In this document: positions 63,491 through 64,000 of the stretch, one piece after another
Numbering within the stretch: the first letter of the stretch is position 1
Layout: each line of letters starts with the position of its first letter
Assembly (NCBI GenBank): GCA_977017645.1
Contig: OZ360221.1
Span: forward strand, 199,578,001 to 199,642,000
Origin: Torpedo marmorata
Taxonomy: Eukaryota
Reading direction: 5' to 3'
DNA length: 64,000 nt
The notes under the pieces: model-generated
What the model was told of the DNA's origin: nothing
What the model saw: the letters and a program-made list of their open reading frames with translations, nothing else
Databases searched by the model: none
Made by a program: the position numbers and the translations under genes

Positions 63491-64000
63491 TCCAAAAATT
63501 AAAAGACATGATTGCTTCTTACTAATTAGTTTAGACAGTCTGGTTTGCTCAAGCGAATAAAATCCTTGCAATAGTTTACAAATTTTCTTTTACTGAGACC
63601 GGTGATTTGATTATGATCTCATTTCCTGATTTATATGCAGGCATTCTCACTTCCTGTTGATGCACAGGACTACTTCATCTCAGTAGTTGGTTGTGGAAAG
63701 ACCATTCAGCTCTTGTAAGTCTTATTCAGAAGGTCACCTGGAATATGTTATTGGCGATGAACTTTGTGTCTGATAAACAATTTGTCTTGTTGACAACTTT
63801 TTATTTTGTGTTCCTCATTTAGTTTGAGTGAAACATGAAAGTCTGCAGACGCTGTGTTTGTAGTAAAAACACAGATATGATGGATGAACTCAGCCGGTCT
63901 TCAGCATCCATAAAAAGAAAAGATATACAGTATTGCCGATGTTTTGAGCCTGAGCCCTTCTTCAAGGAATAAGCAGAATGAGCCAGAAGCAGAAAATGTC

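Overview
Eukaryotic, repeat-dominated DNA. The mix of CR1, Rex1, L1, Tx1, Penelope and V-SINE/Deu-SINE families suggests a cartilaginous fish (inference). No intact host protein-coding gene is recognisable. Most of the window is nested retroelements, and many of their boundaries can be fixed by target-site duplications (TSDs). The standout is a young BEL/Pao LTR retrotransposon at 44554-50281 (585-bp LTRs, about 12 mismatches by my count, 5-bp TSD). It has lost RT, RNase H and the integrase core. It carries one nearly continuous reading frame: SAFB/SLTM-like SAP domain, Gag, zinc knuckles, protease, then an intronless MIPOL1-like coiled coil, which suggests capture of two host-gene pieces. Other notable structure: a twin-primed L1 nested in another twin-primed L1; a 43-bp minisatellite apparently grown from a Penelope hammerhead junction; a composite hAT MITE made of two inverted mini-MITEs; a Tx1 inserted into a stub of its own 3'UTR; an old tandem duplication split by a 12-kb insertion stack; and two CpG-rich candidate promoters. 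All protein identifications come from recalled sequence and need confirmation by search.
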